DNA of 52,314 nucleotides from Savagea sp. (GCA_030146155.1 JASLCF010000106.1:1-52314), one strand, 5' to 3'. Positions 36,589-46,720 are shown, counted from the stretch's first letter. Numbers and translations: made by a program. The notes: a model not told the origin generated them from the letters alone.

Positions 36589-37125
36589 ATGAATGGATTG
36601 AAACTATTTACACCAACTACTTATGTAAAAGATGTATTTGAAGTGACCCCTTCACGACTACGTGAAAAAGGAATTCAAGCAGTCATTACTGATTTAGATA
36701 ATACATTAATTGAATGGAATCGCTCATTTGCAACAGATGCCATTAATGAGTGGATTCGTACATTGCAACAAGAAGGTTTTCAAGTCGTCATTATGTCTAA
36801 TAACAATGAAGAGCGGGTACAGAAGTTCTGTGAACCCTTAGGACTTACTTATTTCGCTCGTGCAAATAAACCCCTTCAATCAGCTTACAAAGAGGCAAGA
36901 AAATTGTTCAATGTGCCTGATGAAGCGATTGTTTGTATTGGTGATCAAATAATGACGGATATCATCGGTGCTAATCGTGCAGGACTACAATCTATTTTGG
37001 TATTACCTGTCACCCAATCAGATGCAAAAGCCACAAAATTTAACCGTTTTGTGGAGTCTAAAATTATGGCAAGGTTAAAGAAAAAAGGACTACAAGTGAA
37101 AGAAGGTTCATTATGGAACAATTAA
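36589..37125 (+). CDS. yqeG: HAD IIIA-type phosphatase YqeG
   Basis: ITDLDNTLIEW, SNNNEERV, ANKP, IGDQIMTDIIGANRAG. Confidence 0.95.
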   Translation: MNGLKLFTPTTYVKDVFEVTPSRLREKGIQAVITDLDNTLIEWNRSFATDAINEWIRTLQQEGFQVVIMSNNNEERVQKFCEPLGLTYFARANKPLQSAYKEARKLFNVPDEAIVCIGDQIMTDIIGANRAGLQSILVLPVTQSDAKATKFNRFVESKIMARLKKKGLQVKEGSLWNN

Positions 37126-38213
37126 TATGTATAGGTTGTGGCGTTGCGATTCAAACAACAGATAAAAAAGCAGAAGGTTATGCTCCTCCTGCATCACTTG
37201 AAAAAGAAGATGCCATTTGTCAACGTTGTTTTCGTTTAAGAAATTATAATGAAATTGCTCCTGTCTCTTTAACAGGCGATGACTTTTTAAATATCTTACA
37301 TGGAATTGGAGAGCGTTCGGGGATGGTTGTTAAAATCGTAGACATCTTTGATTTCAACGGCAGTTGGATTAATGGATTGCAACGATTTGTAGGAAAGAAG
37401 AAAATCCTCTTAATTGCCAATAAAGTAGATCTTCTACCCAAGATAGTTAATCGAAAACGATTAGTTCATTGGATGAAAGAAGAGAGTAGTAAACTAGGCT
37501 TAAAACCAGTGGATGTATTACTGATTTCTGCTGCGTCTGGTGAAGGTGTAGCAGAAGCGATGGAAACGATTGAAGCGATTCGACAACAAGAAGATGTTTT
37601 CGTTGTTGGAACGACAAATGTCGGTAAATCAACGTTTATTAATCGAATTATTCACCAAGCGACAGGAGAAGGCAATGTGGTAACTACATCTCATTTCCCA
37701 GGTACCACACTAGGGTTAGTCGAGATTCCTTTAGCAGATGGCCATGCAATTATCGATACACCAGGTGTAATCAATGAACATCAAATTGTACATGGGCTGA
37801 GTGCACAGGATTTAAAATGCGTTTTACCTAAAAAAGAAGTGAAACCTAAAACATATCAATTGAATGCAGAGCAAACTATTTTTATAGGTGGACTGGCTCG
37901 TTTTGACTTTGTGCGTGGTGATCGTTCAGCCTTCACATTTTATGTCTCCAATCGAATTGAGTTGCACCGTACTAAATTAAGTAATGCAGATCAGTTGTAT
38001 ACCCAACATGTTGGAGAAATGCTATCTCCTCCATCTAAAGAATCTTTAGAACAATTACCGCCATTTGTCAAACATCAATTTTCGATTAAAGAAGCGAATA
38101 CGGATATTGTCATATCAGGCTTAGGATGGGTCACTTGTCAACATGCTCAAGTAATGATTGAAGTACATGCACCAAAAGGGGTGCAGGTATTTACTCGTAA
38201 ATCATTAATTTAA
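37113..38213 (+). CDS. yqeH: Ribosome biogenesis GTPase YqeH
   Basis: CIGCG/CQRC zinc finger, circularly permuted NKVD...GTTNVGKST...DTPG. Confidence 0.97.
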   Translation: MEQLICIGCGVAIQTTDKKAEGYAPPASLEKEDAICQRCFRLRNYNEIAPVSLTGDDFLNILHGIGERSGMVVKIVDIFDFNGSWINGLQRFVGKKKILLIANKVDLLPKIVNRKRLVHWMKEESSKLGLKPVDVLLISAASGEGVAEAMETIEAIRQQEDVFVVGTTNVGKSTFINRIIHQATGEGNVVTTSHFPGTTLGLVEIPLADGHAIIDTPGVINEHQIVHGLSAQDLKCVLPKKEVKPKTYQLNAEQTIFIGGLARFDFVRGDRSAFTFYVSNRIELHRTKLSNADQLYTQHVGEMLSPPSKESLEQLPPFVKHQFSIKEANTDIVISGLGWVTCQHAQVMIEVHAPKGVQVFTRKSLI

Positions 38214-38229
38214 AAGGGGATGAAGGTAC

Positions 38230-39060
38230 ATGAAGAAATGGTATGCGGTAATCGGTGATCCTATTGCCCAATCGATGTCACCAACTATGCACAATGAATG
38301 GTTTCAACAATTAAACATCGATGCTACTTATATTCCAATTCATGTGAGAGAAAATGAGTTGAGTGAAGCAATTCGTTCACTACGTCTACTCGGTTGTAGT
38401 GGATTTAATGTCACCGTCCCTCATAAAGAAGCCATCATTCCACTGTTAGATGACATTGATACGACAGCTTCTAAAATGGGGGCTGTCAATACGGTGGTTG
38501 TCGAAGAAGGACGTTTGATTGGTTACAATACAGATGGCTTAGGGTTTGTTGCTTCTTTAGAAGAAAATGAACCCCATTTACAAAAAGATGTGTCCTTGTT
38601 AATGATTGGAGCAGGGGGGGCAGCAAAAGGCATCGCTCATGCATTACAAGCATCAGGTTATCAACAACTTACGATTGCTAATCGAACGATCGAACGAGCG
38701 GAACAATTAGCAAAGACAATTGGAGTCCAAAGTTGTACAATAGCAGAAGCGGAAAAACAATTAGCAAATTTTGATGTAATTGTTCAGACCACTTCAGTTG
38801 GAATGAATTTTGGCATTGCTGGTTCACCGTTAGCATTAACACAGCTTAAACCAGGTACGGTGATTGCAGATATTATATATAATCCTTTAACAACTGTTTG
38901 TATGGCAGAAGGGCAAAGGATGGGTGCAAGAACAATGAATGGTGTAGGGATGTTTGTGCATCAAGGAGCGATTGCTTTTGAGTATTGGACTGGAAAGCAA
39001 CCCCCGACAGAACAAACTGTTCAGCGGATTGTTGAACAATTAGGAGGAAAAACATGTTAA
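38230..39060 (+). CDS. aroE: Shikimate dehydrogenase
   Basis: SMSPTMH, GFNVTVPHK, GAVNTV, NTDGLGF, GAGGAA. Confidence 0.97.
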   Translation: MKKWYAVIGDPIAQSMSPTMHNEWFQQLNIDATYIPIHVRENELSEAIRSLRLLGCSGFNVTVPHKEAIIPLLDDIDTTASKMGAVNTVVVEEGRLIGYNTDGLGFVASLEENEPHLQKDVSLLMIGAGGAAKGIAHALQASGYQQLTIANRTIERAEQLAKTIGVQSCTIAEAEKQLANFDVIVQTTSVGMNFGIAGSPLALTQLKPGTVIADIIYNPLTTVCMAEGQRMGARTMNGVGMFVHQGAIAFEYWTGKQPPTEQTVQRIVEQLGGKTC

Positions 39061-39344
39061 CAGGTAAGCAAAAAAGATTTTTAAGAAGTAAGGCTCATCA
39101 TTTAAATCCTATTTTTCAAATTGGTAAAAATGGTGTAACGCCAGAAGTACTTCATCAAATCACGGAAGCATTAGAAGCTAGAGAATTGATTAAGGTGAAC
39201 GTTTTACAAAACTGTGAGCAAACAAAAGAAGAAATCGAAGCTATTTTTGAGCAGCAACCCTTTGAAATCGTTCAAAAAATTGGTCATATTTTTGTTCTTT
39301 ATGCAGAATCTGTTGATCAGAAGAAGTTACATCTTCCAGAGTAA
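39054..39344 (+). CDS. yhbY: Ribosome assembly RNA-binding protein YhbY (CRM domain)
   Basis: MLTGKQKRFLRSKAHHLNPIFQIGKNG, ELIKV. Confidence 0.96.
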   Translation: MLTGKQKRFLRSKAHHLNPIFQIGKNGVTPEVLHQITEALEARELIKVNVLQNCEQTKEEIEAIFEQQPFEIVQKIGHIFVLYAESVDQKKLHLPE

Positions 39345-39916
39345 TGAAAAAGAAGATTGGATTACTGGGGGGCACATTTAACCCACCGCATAAAGGTCAT
39401 TTGAAAATGGCTCAGTTGGCATTGAAAGAAGCTCAGTTAGATGCTGTTTACTTCTTACCAAATGCGGTACCCCCCCATAAACAGCAAGATATAGAAGTAA
39501 CAGATGACCAACGATTGATGATGCTAGCTCAATTAGTTAAAGGACAATCTTCTCTATATGTCTGTCCTTTTGAAATCGAAAAGGGTGGGGTTTCTTATAC
39601 CTACGAAACCATTAGACAATTAAAAAAACAATATACTGAAGTGGATTTTTATTTTATCATTGGTGGAGATATGATTGAAAGTTTGCATACGTGGGTGAAC
39701 ATTGATGAATTAATGAACAATGTGACTTTCATAGGCTTTGATCGAGATCGTCGTGGTATAATTTCACCTTATCCAATCCAACGAATAAATGCACCACTCG
39801 TTCCTATTTCTTCGACATTGATTCGAAACAAAGTAAGAGCAGGCGAAAATATTTTAAATGAAGTACCCGAAGAAGTGGCTACATTTATTCAGAAAGAGGG
39901 ATTATATGTCGATTGA
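39344..39916 (+). CDS. nadD: Nicotinate-nucleotide adenylyltransferase
   Basis: GGTFNPPHKGH, PPHK, FIIGGD, ISSTLIR. Confidence 0.96.
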   Translation: MKKKIGLLGGTFNPPHKGHLKMAQLALKEAQLDAVYFLPNAVPPHKQQDIEVTDDQRLMMLAQLVKGQSSLYVCPFEIEKGGVSYTYETIRQLKKQYTEVDFYFIIGGDMIESLHTWVNIDELMNNVTFIGFDRDRRGIISPYPIQRINAPLVPISSTLIRNKVRAGENILNEVPEEVATFIQKEGLYVD

Positions 39917-40478
39917 ACACATTCAACATTATCTCGAACAATATGTGAGTGGAGAACGTTTAAAACATGTGTATCGCGTAACAGACATGGCGATTAGATT
40001 AGCAGAACAACATGGGATATCCGTAGAAAAGGCTCAGGTAGCTGCTCTACTTCACGATATTGCTAAGCAATTATCATCTGAAGAATTAAAGGCTTGGATT
40101 GAAAAAGGAGGTCAAGACGAAGCTGTTTTGACTTACCATAAGGAACTATGGCATGCAAAAGCAGGTGCTGTCATGGTAGAACAAGACTTATCTATTACAG
40201 ATGCAACGATTCTACAAGCTATTCGTTACCATACAACAGGTAGAGAAGGTATGACTTGTTTAGAACAGATTATTTATATTGCAGATTTAATCGAAGAGGG
40301 GCGAACATTTCCAGGGGTTGAAAGACTTCGCTCTATTGCGATGAATCGTTCGCTAGAAGAAACAATGGCGGCATGTATTCATCATTCTGTTAGTTATTTA
40401 ATTCAACAACAAACTGTGATTCATCCAGATTCATTTGCTTGTTATAATGATTGGATGAAGAAAAATGAAGGGAAGTAA
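39906..40478 (+). CDS. yqeK: Ap4A hydrolase YqeK (HD domain)
   Basis: RLKHVYRV, LLHDIAK, LWHAKAGA, RYHTTG, IADLIEEGR; ATG 39906 overlaps the end of nadD. Confidence 0.93.
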   Translation: MSIEHIQHYLEQYVSGERLKHVYRVTDMAIRLAEQHGISVEKAQVAALLHDIAKQLSSEELKAWIEKGGQDEAVLTYHKELWHAKAGAVMVEQDLSITDATILQAIRYHTTGREGMTCLEQIIYIADLIEEGRTFPGVERLRSIAMNRSLEETMAACIHHSVSYLIQQQTVIHPDSFACYNDWMKKNEGK

Positions 40479-40483
40479 AAAGA

Positions 40484-40828
40484 TTGACAACATTATTACA
40501 AACAACTTATAAAGCGATTGAAGATAAATTAGGTTCTGATATCGTCGTGTTAAATTTAGAAGGGATCTCTTCTATCGCTGATCAATTCATCATCACGCAT
40601 GCTAATTCAGAACGCCAAGTACAAGCAATCGCTAGAGAAATTGTAGACCAAGCTGGAAAAGCAGGTTTTCATTCGAAGAAATTAGAAGGTTTTGACGGAG
40701 GACGTTGGATTTTAGTAGATTTAGGCGATGTAATTGTTCACGTATTCCATGTGGATGAGCGTTCACATTATAATCTTGAAAAGTTATGGAGAGATGCGCC
40801 TCTAATGGACGTGGAAATTGCAGAATGA
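40484..40828 (+). CDS. rsfS: Ribosome silencing factor
   Basis: DKLGSDI, SERQVQAIA, WILVDLGDVIVHVF, YNLEKLW. Confidence 0.96.
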   Translation: MTTLLQTTYKAIEDKLGSDIVVLNLEGISSIADQFIITHANSERQVQAIAREIVDQAGKAGFHSKKLEGFDGGRWILVDLGDVIVHVFHVDERSHYNLEKLWRDAPLMDVEIAE

Positions 40829-41550
40829 TTGCCTATCAACAATTTGCACAAATCTATGACCGATTGATGCAAGATATTCCATACGATGCTTATGTGGAAT
40901 GGGTAGAACAGTCAGTAGGTGACTTGAAGCAACTAAAAGTATTGGACTTAGGCTGTGGCACTGGAACCTTAAGTCATGCTATGGCTGAACGAGGAGCGAT
41001 TGTTTCAGGTGTAGATCTTTCTCCTCAAATGATTGAAGTCGCTAAAGAACGTTATCCTTCTATTCAATTTTCCGAGGGAGCGATGCAAGATTTAAAACTA
41101 GGTGACACGTATGATGTGATTGTTTGTGCAATCGATGCTTTAAATTATGTGACAAACTGGGAAGAAGTCATCATGACTTTTCAGAAAGTGTATCAACATT
41201 TAAAGCCAGAGGGACGCTTTTTGTTTGATGTGCATAGTCTTGAGAAAATGGCGATTCTTTATGAGGAAAGTCCATTTACTTATGATGATGGAGATGTGAC
41301 TTATATATGGGAAACCGACGCTGGGTCACAAACCTATGAAATTATCTCTCGTTTATTATTTTATGTAAAATCAAAAGAAGGACAGTTTGAACGTTTTGAA
41401 GAAGAACATATCCAACGCACACATGAAGTTGCAAATTATGCAAGAGCGTTGCAAGAAACAGGTTTTACAATTGAAACGATTACTGCAGATTTTGAATGGG
41501 AGAGTCCACATGAAGAAAGCGAAAGAATTTTTTTCCATGTGAAAAAATAA
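40825..41550 (+). CDS. yqeM: Class I SAM-dependent methyltransferase (YqeM-like)
   Basis: YQQFAQIYDRLM, VLDLGCGTG, DALNY, FLFDV; last gene of the yqe operon. Confidence 0.88.
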   Translation: MIAYQQFAQIYDRLMQDIPYDAYVEWVEQSVGDLKQLKVLDLGCGTGTLSHAMAERGAIVSGVDLSPQMIEVAKERYPSIQFSEGAMQDLKLGDTYDVIVCAIDALNYVTNWEEVIMTFQKVYQHLKPEGRFLFDVHSLEKMAILYEESPFTYDDGDVTYIWETDAGSQTYEIISRLLFYVKSKEGQFERFEEEHIQRTHEVANYARALQETGFTIETITADFEWESPHEESERIFFHVKK

Positions 41551-41616
41551 GTGGTAATTTAAAATTGAATCAGTTATATTAATAATGACTCCATGCAGAT
41601 TTAAAGGAGGATGACT

Positions 41617-42246
41617 ATGTTATCTACCATTAAAAATGAATGGCGTCATTATTTACCTTATGCTTTACTTCTACTTATTATCCTCATTTTTGGTTACCGC
41701 TTTTTATTCACGCCCACCGCTTCACCCATTTTTGAAATTCCTGAAGAAGAAATAGAAGAAATAGACACAGTTGTGATGGAACAACCCAGTAGTATTGAAA
41801 CGAATGTGGTCTTTGTAGATGTTAAAGGCGCTGTTCAACGACCTGGCGTTTACGAATTACAAAAGAATGACCGTGTTCAACAAGCTATAGCACTAGCAGG
41901 CGGTTTGACAAGTGATGCTGCCTCAGGGGCGATTAATCTCGCGTTGAAAGTCCAAGATGAAATGGTCGTTCATGTGCCTACTGTCGATGAATTTCAACCC
42001 GATGACCAACAATGGGAAGAATCGGTTCAGACGCCAACATCTCTTGCTGCTGATTTAATTGATATCAATACTGCAACGGTGGAACAATTTGTGACATTAC
42101 CAGGCATTGGCCCTAAAAAAGCTGAAGCAATCGTTCGTCACCGAGAAGAAGTAGGAAAGTTTCAATCGATTGAAGAACTCGTTAACGTGCCTGGGATAGG
42201 AGCAAAAACAGTTGAAAATATAGCTGCACATTTATTTGTAAAATAA
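41617..42246 (+). CDS. comEA: Competence DNA receptor ComEA
   Basis: TM anchor, VDVKGAVQRPGVY SLBB domain, DINTAT, LPGIGPKKA and VPGIGAKT HhH motifs. Confidence 0.95.
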   Translation: MLSTIKNEWRHYLPYALLLLIILIFGYRFLFTPTASPIFEIPEEEIEEIDTVVMEQPSSIETNVVFVDVKGAVQRPGVYELQKNDRVQQAIALAGGLTSDAASGAINLALKVQDEMVVHVPTVDEFQPDDQQWEESVQTPTSLAADLIDINTATVEQFVTLPGIGPKKAEAIVRHREEVGKFQSIEELVNVPGIGAKTVENIAAHLFVK

Positions 42247-42258
42247 AGGAGAATCTGT

Positions 42259-42819
42259 ATGGAGAGAATTACTTGGGATCAATTTTTTATGGCACAAAGT
42301 CATTTATTAGCGTTTCGCAGTACTTGTACGAGACTTTCTGTGGGAGCAACCATTGTACGAGAAAATCGAATCATTGCAGGTGGCTACAATGGGTCAATTA
42401 CAGGTGGAACACATTGTATTGATGAAGGATGTTATGTTGTAGGGAATCATTGTGTAAGAACGATTCACGCTGAAATCAATGCGTTACTCCAATGTGCGAA
42501 ATACGGAAGTCCAGTTGCTGGCTCAACCTTGTATGTTACACATTTTCCTTGTTTGCAGTGTACAAAAGCGATTATTCAGGCAGGCATCCAACAAGTAAAT
42601 TATGCAACGGATTATAAAAATGATGATTATGCGATTCATTTATTTGAACAAGCAGGGATTCAAGTAAACCAAATTCCGTTTGACCGAACAGCTGTCGATT
42701 TCCTACAAGATGAAAAAGAAGATTTAGTGATGGAATTACTTCAAGAATTACGCCAGTATAAACAGGAGCCTCTTACTCAACTAGAAGAGAGGGTGAATGC
42801 ATTATTTGGAAAGAAATAA
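42259..42819 (+). CDS. comEB: ComE operon protein 2 (dCMP deaminase family)
   Basis: MERITWDQFFMAQSHLL, HAEINA, FPCLQC. Confidence 0.96.
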   Translation: MERITWDQFFMAQSHLLAFRSTCTRLSVGATIVRENRIIAGGYNGSITGGTHCIDEGCYVVGNHCVRTIHAEINALLQCAKYGSPVAGSTLYVTHFPCLQCTKAIIQAGIQQVNYATDYKNDDYAIHLFEQAGIQVNQIPFDRTAVDFLQDEKEDLVMELLQELRQYKQEPLTQLEERVNALFGKK

Positions 42820-45065
42820 GAAGTCTTGATTTAGCGATTGTTGTTGGCGGAGCAGGAGTCGCATTTTTAAATATACACGCAGTATTTTGGGTATTCTTCG
42901 CCACCTTTGTCGTTTTATGTAGTCGGATTAAAATGAAGTGGACAGTTTTAGGCATATACACAGTAGTCTTTCTCTGTATTTTGAGTTACTTCAGCCTTCG
43001 TTTTACACCAGAAGTGAGTGAGGTTGAAGATGGGCAACGTGTTTTATTAACCAACGCATCTTCCGTTGCAATCGATGGAGATCGACTCGCAGGTTTTATT
43101 CGCATTAAAAATGAACGCTTTTACTTTACCTCGCTGATTCAGACAGCAGAAGAGCAAGAAAAGTTAGCTGCGTCCCTTTTAGAAGGAGCTTCTGTCTTCG
43201 CTACAATTCATTTCAAAGAAATTGCACCTCCCCCACATCAATATGCCTTTGATTTCAAAAACTATTTGAAAAATAAAGGTGTTCAACGCCAAATTGAATT
43301 GACCTCTCTTTCTGACTGGCAAGAAAGTCAGCAACCCCTAGCCAAATTACTAAAAATTCGTCAACGTATACAAAAGAATATCGAAATGTATTTTCCACCT
43401 CTACTCGCTAAAGAAATGAAAGCGTTATTAATTGGCGAGCGATCTGATACGGTGATTGAAGAGCAAGAGATGTTTCAACGACTAGGGATTTCGCATTTAC
43501 TTGCGATTTCAGGCCTTCATATTGGATTACTTACTTTTTTAATGCGTGCGATTGGTTTGAGGTTAGGTTTTACAAAAGAGAAAGTCGATTTAGTTTTATT
43601 TATATGCTTACCGTTATATGCGATTCTTGCAGGTTTAAGTCCATCGGTAATGCGGGCTTGTCTGATGACGATGTTTCTCATTCTAGCGCTTCGTTTTCCG
43701 CAGTGGTTGAAACCAATGGATGCGATTGCTTTTAGTTTTATTGGTTTAGTCCTTTATCATCCTTATTTGATGGCGATGCCAGGGTTTCAATTTTCTTTCG
43801 GTGCAGCTTTCACGATTATTATGAGCCGCCAACTATTACAGCAACAGTCTTCTTTCAAACAATTATTTTTAATCAGTCTCCTCACACAAATTACCCTTTA
43901 TCCGCTCTTGCTTTTTCACTTCTATGAATTATCACTTTCTTCAATAGTGGTTAACATACTGTATGTCCCGATTTATAGTTTTGTGTTATTACCTCTCTAT
44001 TTGATCCTACTCTTCCTCTCTTTCACTACACCCTTTCTTTTAACAGTAGTCCTTCCTGTGCTTTATCCAATTCGCGAATTATTTCAATTGTTTACAGAAG
44101 GGTTAGCGAGCTTGCCTTATCAAATGTGGGTAGGCGGTGCATTATCAAAAATAGTTACATTTTTATTAACGATGAGTGTCGCTCTTTCCCTGTATCTTTA
44201 CGAAATGAAAAGAAAAAAGACTGCTTTATTACTGATCAGTTTGCCTCTTATGATTATTGTCAGCAAACCTTATCTAGATAGTCAAATCAAATTGAGTTTT
44301 ATTGATGTAGGGCAAGGCGATAGTTTATTAATTGAATTGCCTCACCGAGAAGCAGTTATTCTGGTAGATACAGGAGGATATCTTCCCTATGAAAAAGAAG
44401 AATGGCAAGAGAGAAAAAATCCATATGATGTGGGGAGACAAGTCATAGTTCCTTATTTAAAAGGCAAGGGGATTTATCGAATTGATGCTTTGCTCATTAC
44501 GCATGGACATCATGATCATATGCAAGGAGCATTTCAATTGATCGATCGGATTCAAGTGAATAAAGTAGTTTATTCTAAAGGGAGTGAAAGGGAGGAAGTA
44601 ATGCAACAATTTTTAGAAAGAGTAGAAGACAAAGGCATCTCAGCACATCCGATTCAACAAGGAGATAAATGGCAGTTCAAAACGACATTGATTCGTTTTC
44701 TTTGGCCAAAAGGTGATTCAGTGATGTGGCAAGAGAATGACCGTTCAATTAGTTTTGAACTGACACACCCGAAAGTACAATTGATTGCTACAGGCGATTT
44801 AGAACAATTCGGTGAGCAACAACTCATCAAGCATCAACAATTGATTCCACATGCTTTACGACTATTAAAAGCCGGACATCATGGCAGTAGAACGTCTACC
44901 ACTGCTGATTTTTTAGATTTTATTCAACCTGATCAAATCATTATCAGTGTGGGACGAAACAACAGGTATCAGCATCCCCATGAAGAAGTCATTGAACGAA
45001 TCACACAGTATGGCATTCCTTATCGGACGACTGCTGACGAACAGACCATTGAATTAAAGTATTAA
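42801..45065 (+). CDS. comEC: DNA internalization channel ComEC (start uncertain: ATT 42801 proposed, first ATG 42933)
   Basis: GISHLLAISGLHIG, SPSVMRA, GFQFSF, FIDVGQGDS, THGHHDH, GHHGS metallo-beta-lactamase domain. Confidence 0.93.
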   Translation: MIWKEIRSLDLAIVVGGAGVAFLNIHAVFWVFFATFVVLCSRIKMKWTVLGIYTVVFLCILSYFSLRFTPEVSEVEDGQRVLLTNASSVAIDGDRLAGFIRIKNERFYFTSLIQTAEEQEKLAASLLEGASVFATIHFKEIAPPPHQYAFDFKNYLKNKGVQRQIELTSLSDWQESQQPLAKLLKIRQRIQKNIEMYFPPLLAKEMKALLIGERSDTVIEEQEMFQRLGISHLLAISGLHIGLLTFLMRAIGLRLGFTKEKVDLVLFICLPLYAILAGLSPSVMRACLMTMFLILALRFPQWLKPMDAIAFSFIGLVLYHPYLMAMPGFQFSFGAAFTIIMSRQLLQQQSSFKQLFLISLLTQITLYPLLLFHFYELSLSSIVVNILYVPIYSFVLLPLYLILLFLSFTTPFLLTVVLPVLYPIRELFQLFTEGLASLPYQMWVGGALSKIVTFLLTMSVALSLYLYEMKRKKTALLLISLPLMIIVSKPYLDSQIKLSFIDVGQGDSLLIELPHREAVILVDTGGYLPYEKEEWQERKNPYDVGRQVIVPYLKGKGIYRIDALLITHGHHDHMQGAFQLIDRIQVNKVVYSKGSEREEVMQQFLERVEDKGISAHPIQQGDKWQFKTTLIRFLWPKGDSVMWQENDRSISFELTHPKVQLIATGDLEQFGEQQLIKHQQLIPHALRLLKAGHHGSRTSTTADFLDFIQPDQIIISVGRNNRYQHPHEEVIERITQYGIPYRTTADEQTIELKY

Positions 45066-45105
45066 AAAAACACTCCCTCTTTCCAAAGAAAGGGGAGTGC
45101 ATTTT
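45064..45105. terminator. Bidirectional terminator between comEC and yqzM
   Basis: aaaaaaa-cactccct-ctttc...gaa-aggggagtg-catttt. Confidence 0.7.
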
Positions 45106-45130
45106 GATTTCAATGTAACTTAAGGACCGA

Positions 45131-45262
45131 TTAGCTAACTAAGTCGATAATTGTAGCAACTACAAAAATAGATGAAAATGCTAAGAAAGGCACAATAAAT
45201 CCGACTACTGCGTCACTAAAGTCATTACGTTTACATTGAACTTCTTTTTCGAACTCATTCAT
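45131..45262 (-). CDS. yqzM: YqzM family small membrane protein, 43 aa (MNEFEKEVQCKRNDFSDAVVGFIVPFLAFSSIFVVATIIDLVS)
   Basis: Translated by hand; AGGAGGTG RBS on minus strand; MNEFEK..Q.KRND..D..VGF signature; conserved position between comEC and holA. Confidence 0.92.
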   Translation of the reverse strand: MNEFEKEVQCKRNDFSDAVVGFIVPFLAFSSIFVVATIIDLVS

Positions 45263-45409
45263 TGCTACACCTCCTATTTCATAACTCATTATATCGGAAA
45301 TGAGAAGAGAAAGCTATTCATTTTATTGGTTTGTGACAAGTTGGTAAAATACGTCACAAATTGTTCAAACGTTGGCGAAGATGAACTATACTAGAGGAGA
45401 GGTGAAAAG

Positions 45410-46402
45410 ATGAGAAAAGTTTGGCAATCGATTGATAAAGGTGAACTCGCCCCTGTTTATTTAATATATGGAGAAGAAGAGGCTTTAATCCAAGAGACAT
45501 TACGAAAGATTGAAATGGCGTTATCGACTACCGCCTATGAAAAAATCTCTTTTGATTTAGAACAACAACCTGTTGAACAATTGTTAGAAGAAGCCGATAC
45601 ATTTCCTTTTTTAGTTGATAAAAAATTAATTATTGGTCATTCCGCTGCATTTTTGCAAGGAACAGAACAAAAAATAAGCCATGCACTGGATTACACGATG
45701 GAGTGGTTAAAAAATCCATCGCCTACAGCAATTGTTGTCTTTATTGTTTATTCCGAGAAACTGGACAAGCGTAAAAAAATTACGAAAGCGATGCTGAAAG
45801 ATACGGTTGTAGTAGAAGCCTTACCTTTAACAGGAAAAGATTTACTCGTGACGTTGCAACAACATGCTTCAAAAAATAGTTATGAATTAACGAGAGAAGC
45901 TGGCATCCTTCTCATTCAAAAGATAGGGGAACATCTACAGCAATTGCTGAATGATTTAGATAAAGTGATGACCTATTGTGGGGAAGAAGATGTGATTACT
46001 CCGCAACATATTGAAGAAGTCATTACAGAAAGTAAGGAAGAGGATGTCTTTGAATTGACGAATGCCTTTGTCAAAGGAGATGTACAAAAAGCTCTTCAAA
46101 TCTATCAAGACTTATTGAGTTTTGGCAACGACCCTATCATGTTGACCTCATTGATTGCAGGCCAAATAAGGCTAACACTCTATGCAAGAGGTTATATGAA
46201 AAAAGGGTTACGTGATCAAGAAATTGCACGAGAAATGGGTGTGCACCCGTATCGAATCAAACTAGCAAGTGGCGCATTTCGTGGGGTTTCTGAGACGCAG
46301 TTATTAGAGAAACTCAGTTTGTTAGCAGAAGTCGACTATCAATTGAAATCAAGTAGTATTAAACGTGATCAAATTTTAGAATTATTTTTATTAAAACAAT
46401 AG
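45410..46402 (+). CDS. holA: DNA polymerase III subunit delta
   Basis: PVYLIYGEE, EEADTFPF, EKLDKRKK, GVHPYRIKLA. Confidence 0.95.
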   Translation: MRKVWQSIDKGELAPVYLIYGEEEALIQETLRKIEMALSTTAYEKISFDLEQQPVEQLLEEADTFPFLVDKKLIIGHSAAFLQGTEQKISHALDYTMEWLKNPSPTAIVVFIVYSEKLDKRKKITKAMLKDTVVVEALPLTGKDLLVTLQQHASKNSYELTREAGILLIQKIGEHLQQLLNDLDKVMTYCGEEDVITPQHIEEVITESKEEDVFELTNAFVKGDVQKALQIYQDLLSFGNDPIMLTSLIAGQIRLTLYARGYMKKGLRDQEIAREMGVHPYRIKLASGAFRGVSETQLLEKLSLLAEVDYQLKSSSIKRDQILELFLLKQ

Positions 46403-46465
46403 AAAGAGCCTGCCTCTTTCTTTTTTTTGTACAAAAAAAGGATCACCCGTGAGGATCATCCTTTT
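46401..46465. terminator. Back-to-back terminators of holA (+) and rpsT (-)
   Basis: agaaagag-cctgc-ctctttct plus T run; aaaaaaaggat...atcctttt. Confidence 0.65.
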
Positions 46466-46471
46466 ACGCAA

Positions 46472-46720
46472 TTATGCTTTTTTCATAAGACGTGATTTTT
46501 GACGAGCTGCAGTGTTTTTGTGGATTAATCCTTTACCTGCTGCAGTGTCTAAACGTTTAACAGCGTCTTTAAGTAATGCAGTAGCGTTTTCGTCATTCGC
46601 TGCTACAGCTGCTTCTGCTTTACGCATTGCTGTACGCATCGCTGCTTTGTAATTTGAGTTTTGTTCGTTAACTTTTGCACTTTTACGAACGCGTTTAATA
46701 GCACCTTTAATGTTTGGCAT
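46472..46720 (-). CDS. rpsT: 30S ribosomal protein S20
   Basis: MPNIKGAIKRV...KGLIHKNTAARQKSRL; GGAGGTG RBS. Confidence 0.98.
   Translation of the reverse strand: MPNIKGAIKRVRKSAKVNEQNSNYKAAMRTAMRKAEAAVAANDENATALLKDAVKRLDTAAGKGLIHKNTAARQKSRLMKKA

Noticed and set aside
42797..42829. Out-of-frame ATG mini-ORF at the comEB end, suggesting a comEC frameshift pseudogene
   Set aside because: The ATG is too close to the SD and stops after 10 codons; the comEC frame itself is uninterrupted, so a non-canonical start is the simpler explanation.
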